64,000 bases of DNA from Nitrospirota bacterium (lineage in GTDB: Bacteria > Nitrospirota > UBA9217): contig CAVWHO010000016.1 in NCBI GenBank assembly GCA_963754875.1, positions 352,001 through 416,000 on the forward strand. Direction: 5' to 3'. Below, in pieces: positions 61,926 through 64,000 of the stretch. Under the pieces are notes generated by a model, which saw only the letters and a list, made by a program, of their open reading frames with translations, searched no databases and was not told where the DNA came from. The translations under genes and the position numbers were made by a program. Within the stretch, counting starts at the first letter, position 1. The number at the start of each line of letters is the position of its first letter.

Positions 61926-63597
61926 TCTTGCCTCCTGCAAGAGGGAACCAAAGCGTGAAAGATGAGCCCTTGCCTTGTTCGCTTATAACCGAAAGCTCCC
62001 CTTTATGTTCCTTCACAATTCCGTAGCTGACTGCCAGTCCCAGGCCTGTTCCTTGTCCCGGCGGCTTTGTCGTAAAGAACGGCTCGAATATTTTATCCTT
62101 GATCTCTTCGGGCATGCCGCAGCCCGTGTCTGAAAAAACAATCCTTACGCCGTTTCTCTCCCTGTCGTGAGCGGTGCTGACGGTAAGGCGTCCATCGGAC
62201 TGCATGGCCTGAATGGCGTTCCGTATAAGGTTTGTGAAAATCCGCTTCAGTTTGTCCTCGTCCGCTGCGAGAGGAGGCAGCGCGGGATCATAATCGCGGA
62301 TGAAACTAACATTTCCGCCGCGCAATGTGTCCTCAATCGTAACCAGCGCCGATTCGACGGCTGCATTTATGTCGGTTGGGATGCGAACGATTTTTGTATG
62401 ACGTGAAAAATTGAGAAGATCCTCAACGATCTTCTTGCACAATCGTGCGTTGCTGAAAACAATATCGAGATCTTCCCTTGTCTGCTCCGTGGCAGGATAT
62501 TTCTTGCGCAGTATATTTATATAGCCCAGGATCACGCTGAGCGGATTATTAATCTCGTGGGCCACGCCTGCGCCAAGCCGCCCGATGGACGCGAGCTTGT
62601 CCGCCTGAAGCATCCGCTCCTCCATCTCTTTTCTTTCCTCTTCGGCTTTTTTCAGATGAACCATCATCCTGTTAAAAGATTCGGCCAACTCGTAGACTTC
62701 ATCATAGCCATACTCTTCCGGAGGCGAGATGAGAGCGTTCGTTTCATCGTTTCCAGGGGCAATGGGCCGCTTCTCGGGCACATCGAAATGGACATCGAGG
62801 CCGCGGTGTCCGTCCGTGACTTCCTTGAAAAAGGAACTTACTCGCTTCAGGGGTACCACGGCAAGTCGGTAATGGAAGTAATTGAGACCGGCAAAAAGGG
62901 CGGCCATCGCGGCTATTCCGAAAAGAAAAAAATACATCGCTACGTGCCGTAACTGCCGGAAGGTCTCGCTCACCGGCGCAGCAATCGACTCGATGCCGAT
63001 TACGTCGCCTACTTTCCAGTGACGGCCATGCAGCGTTCCGTATTGCCGGGTAATGGACACCGGTGAAGAAGCCGGATCTCCGTGGCAGAGCAGGCACTCT
63101 TTTTCCGCGACAACCGCTTTAAGATGCAGAAAGAAATCCTCGCCGTTCCTGGAGACCAGGCCCCTCCATTGCTTTTTTGAAGCCGGGTCATTCCGAAACT
63201 GTCTGATATAGCGCTCTTCAAAGGCATCGGCCCGGCTGGCCGGATTCATCGGATCGAGGGCGACCCTGCGGTAAATATAGCGGGGAAACCTTTGTTTGAA
63301 CCTCTTCATGATACCCATGTTCATAAAGGTGTTGGACATGACCTGCTTGATGAAGACGTTGCTGGGCAGGGCATGGAATATCTGGGGGCGGAGTTCGTCC
63401 CGGGCATATTCCATAGTAGCGTCAATATGTCCCAGTACAATATCCGTCTTCTCATAGGCTTCCTGAATGTATATTTTTTTTAAATAGGAATAGGTCAGAA
63501 GGGAAAGAGCGGAAATAGCACACAACAGGATGATGCCTAATCCAAACATGAACTTTGCTGTCAGCGACGAACTGCGCTGTTTTAGTATACCGCCCAA
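61900..63597 (-). CDS. Sensor histidine kinase with DUF3365 c-type heme domain
   Basis: [35 protein letters not shown]; start uncertain. Confidence 0.9.
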   Translation of the reverse strand: MGGILKQRSSSLTAKFMFGLGIILLCAISALSLLTYSYLKKIYIQEAYEKTDIVLGHIDATMEYARDELRPQIFHALPSNVFIKQVMSNTFMNMGIMKRFKQRFPRYIYRRVALDPMNPASRADAFEERYIRQFRNDPASKKQWRGLVSRNGEDFFLHLKAVVAEKECLLCHGDPASSPVSITRQYGTLHGRHWKVGDVIGIESIAAPVSETFRQLRHVAMYFFLFGIAAMAALFAGLNYFHYRLAVVPLKRVSSFFKEVTDGHRGLDVHFDVPEKRPIAPGNDETNALISPPEEYGYDEVYELAESFNRMMVHLKKAEEERKEMEERMLQADKLASIGRLGAGVAHEINNPLSVILGYINILRKKYPATEQTREDLDIVFSNARLCKKIVEDLLNFSRHTKIVRIPTDINAAVESALVTIEDTLRGGNVSFIRDYDPALPPLAADEDKLKRIFTNLIRNAIQAMQSDGRLTVSTAHDRERNGVRIVFSDTGCGMPEEIKDKIFEPFFTTKPPGQGTGLGLAVSYGIVKEHKGELSVISEQGKGSSFTLWFPLAGGKNETEDPHC

Positions 63598-64000
63598 TTT
63601 GACCTCGGTCACTGCTGAAGATTTAGCGAAAACTGCTCGGCATGGACAAATGAATACGAACAGCCGCGAATGTCGGTGCAAAAATATTCAGCTCGCATAC
63701 GCGGGCTTAGGACGAGCACGGGGAAAATCGTGAAACGCTCTAGGAAGCGGCTGAAAAATGACCCTTACGAAAATGCAAAATTAACGATCAACCCCAGCAA
63801 ACGAAATTGAATCCGGAGCTGCTCACCAAGTTCTCAATTGCAAGCCTATCGTGGAAAGGAAGGTCTATCGTGAATGGTAGTTTAATTATAAGGAATATTG
63901 TATTTTATTGCAATGAAATGATAGGCCTTTTTTTAAGGTATCAAGCGAGTGCGGGAGGCTGGTCTTTCAGATGATGCCTTTCCGGTTTTACGTATGTACT

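Overview
A GC-rich bacterial chromosome segment. Gene content (FBP aldolase/phosphatase, GTP-PEPCK, two-subunit biotin carboxylase, cytochrome bd, DUF3365 heme sensor kinase, sigma54 regulators) suggests a Nitrospirota/Desulfobacterota-like anaerobe or microaerophile; this is inference only. The left part holds gluconeogenesis genes, cydAB and an AT-rich patatin islet. The middle is housekeeping (tal, purH, rimO, ffh-rpsP-rimM-trmD-rplS-rnhB-yraN). The right part is accessory: a gene-free structured region around a cytochrome c gene, a GlrK-QseG-GlrR-like system whose sigma54 promoter is cut off from its target by a nested stack of three IS elements, dusB-yajD, a third IS630 and an AT-rich islet. 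Many conserved genes carry single-base frameshifts, most likely long-read assembly errors. Best novelty candidates: (1) an unannotated tandem atypical kinase-pseudokinase behind pckG; (2) a promoter-to-terminator ~380-nt ORF-free transcript plus a second structured element sharing a ~32-bp motif; (3) the GlrKR/QseG sigma54 target operon; (4) a carboxyltransferase with divergent active-site motifs; (5) an anion permease-DUF192 fusion. No CRISPR array, rRNA or complete tRNA was seen. No database searches were run; family calls come from motif recognition.
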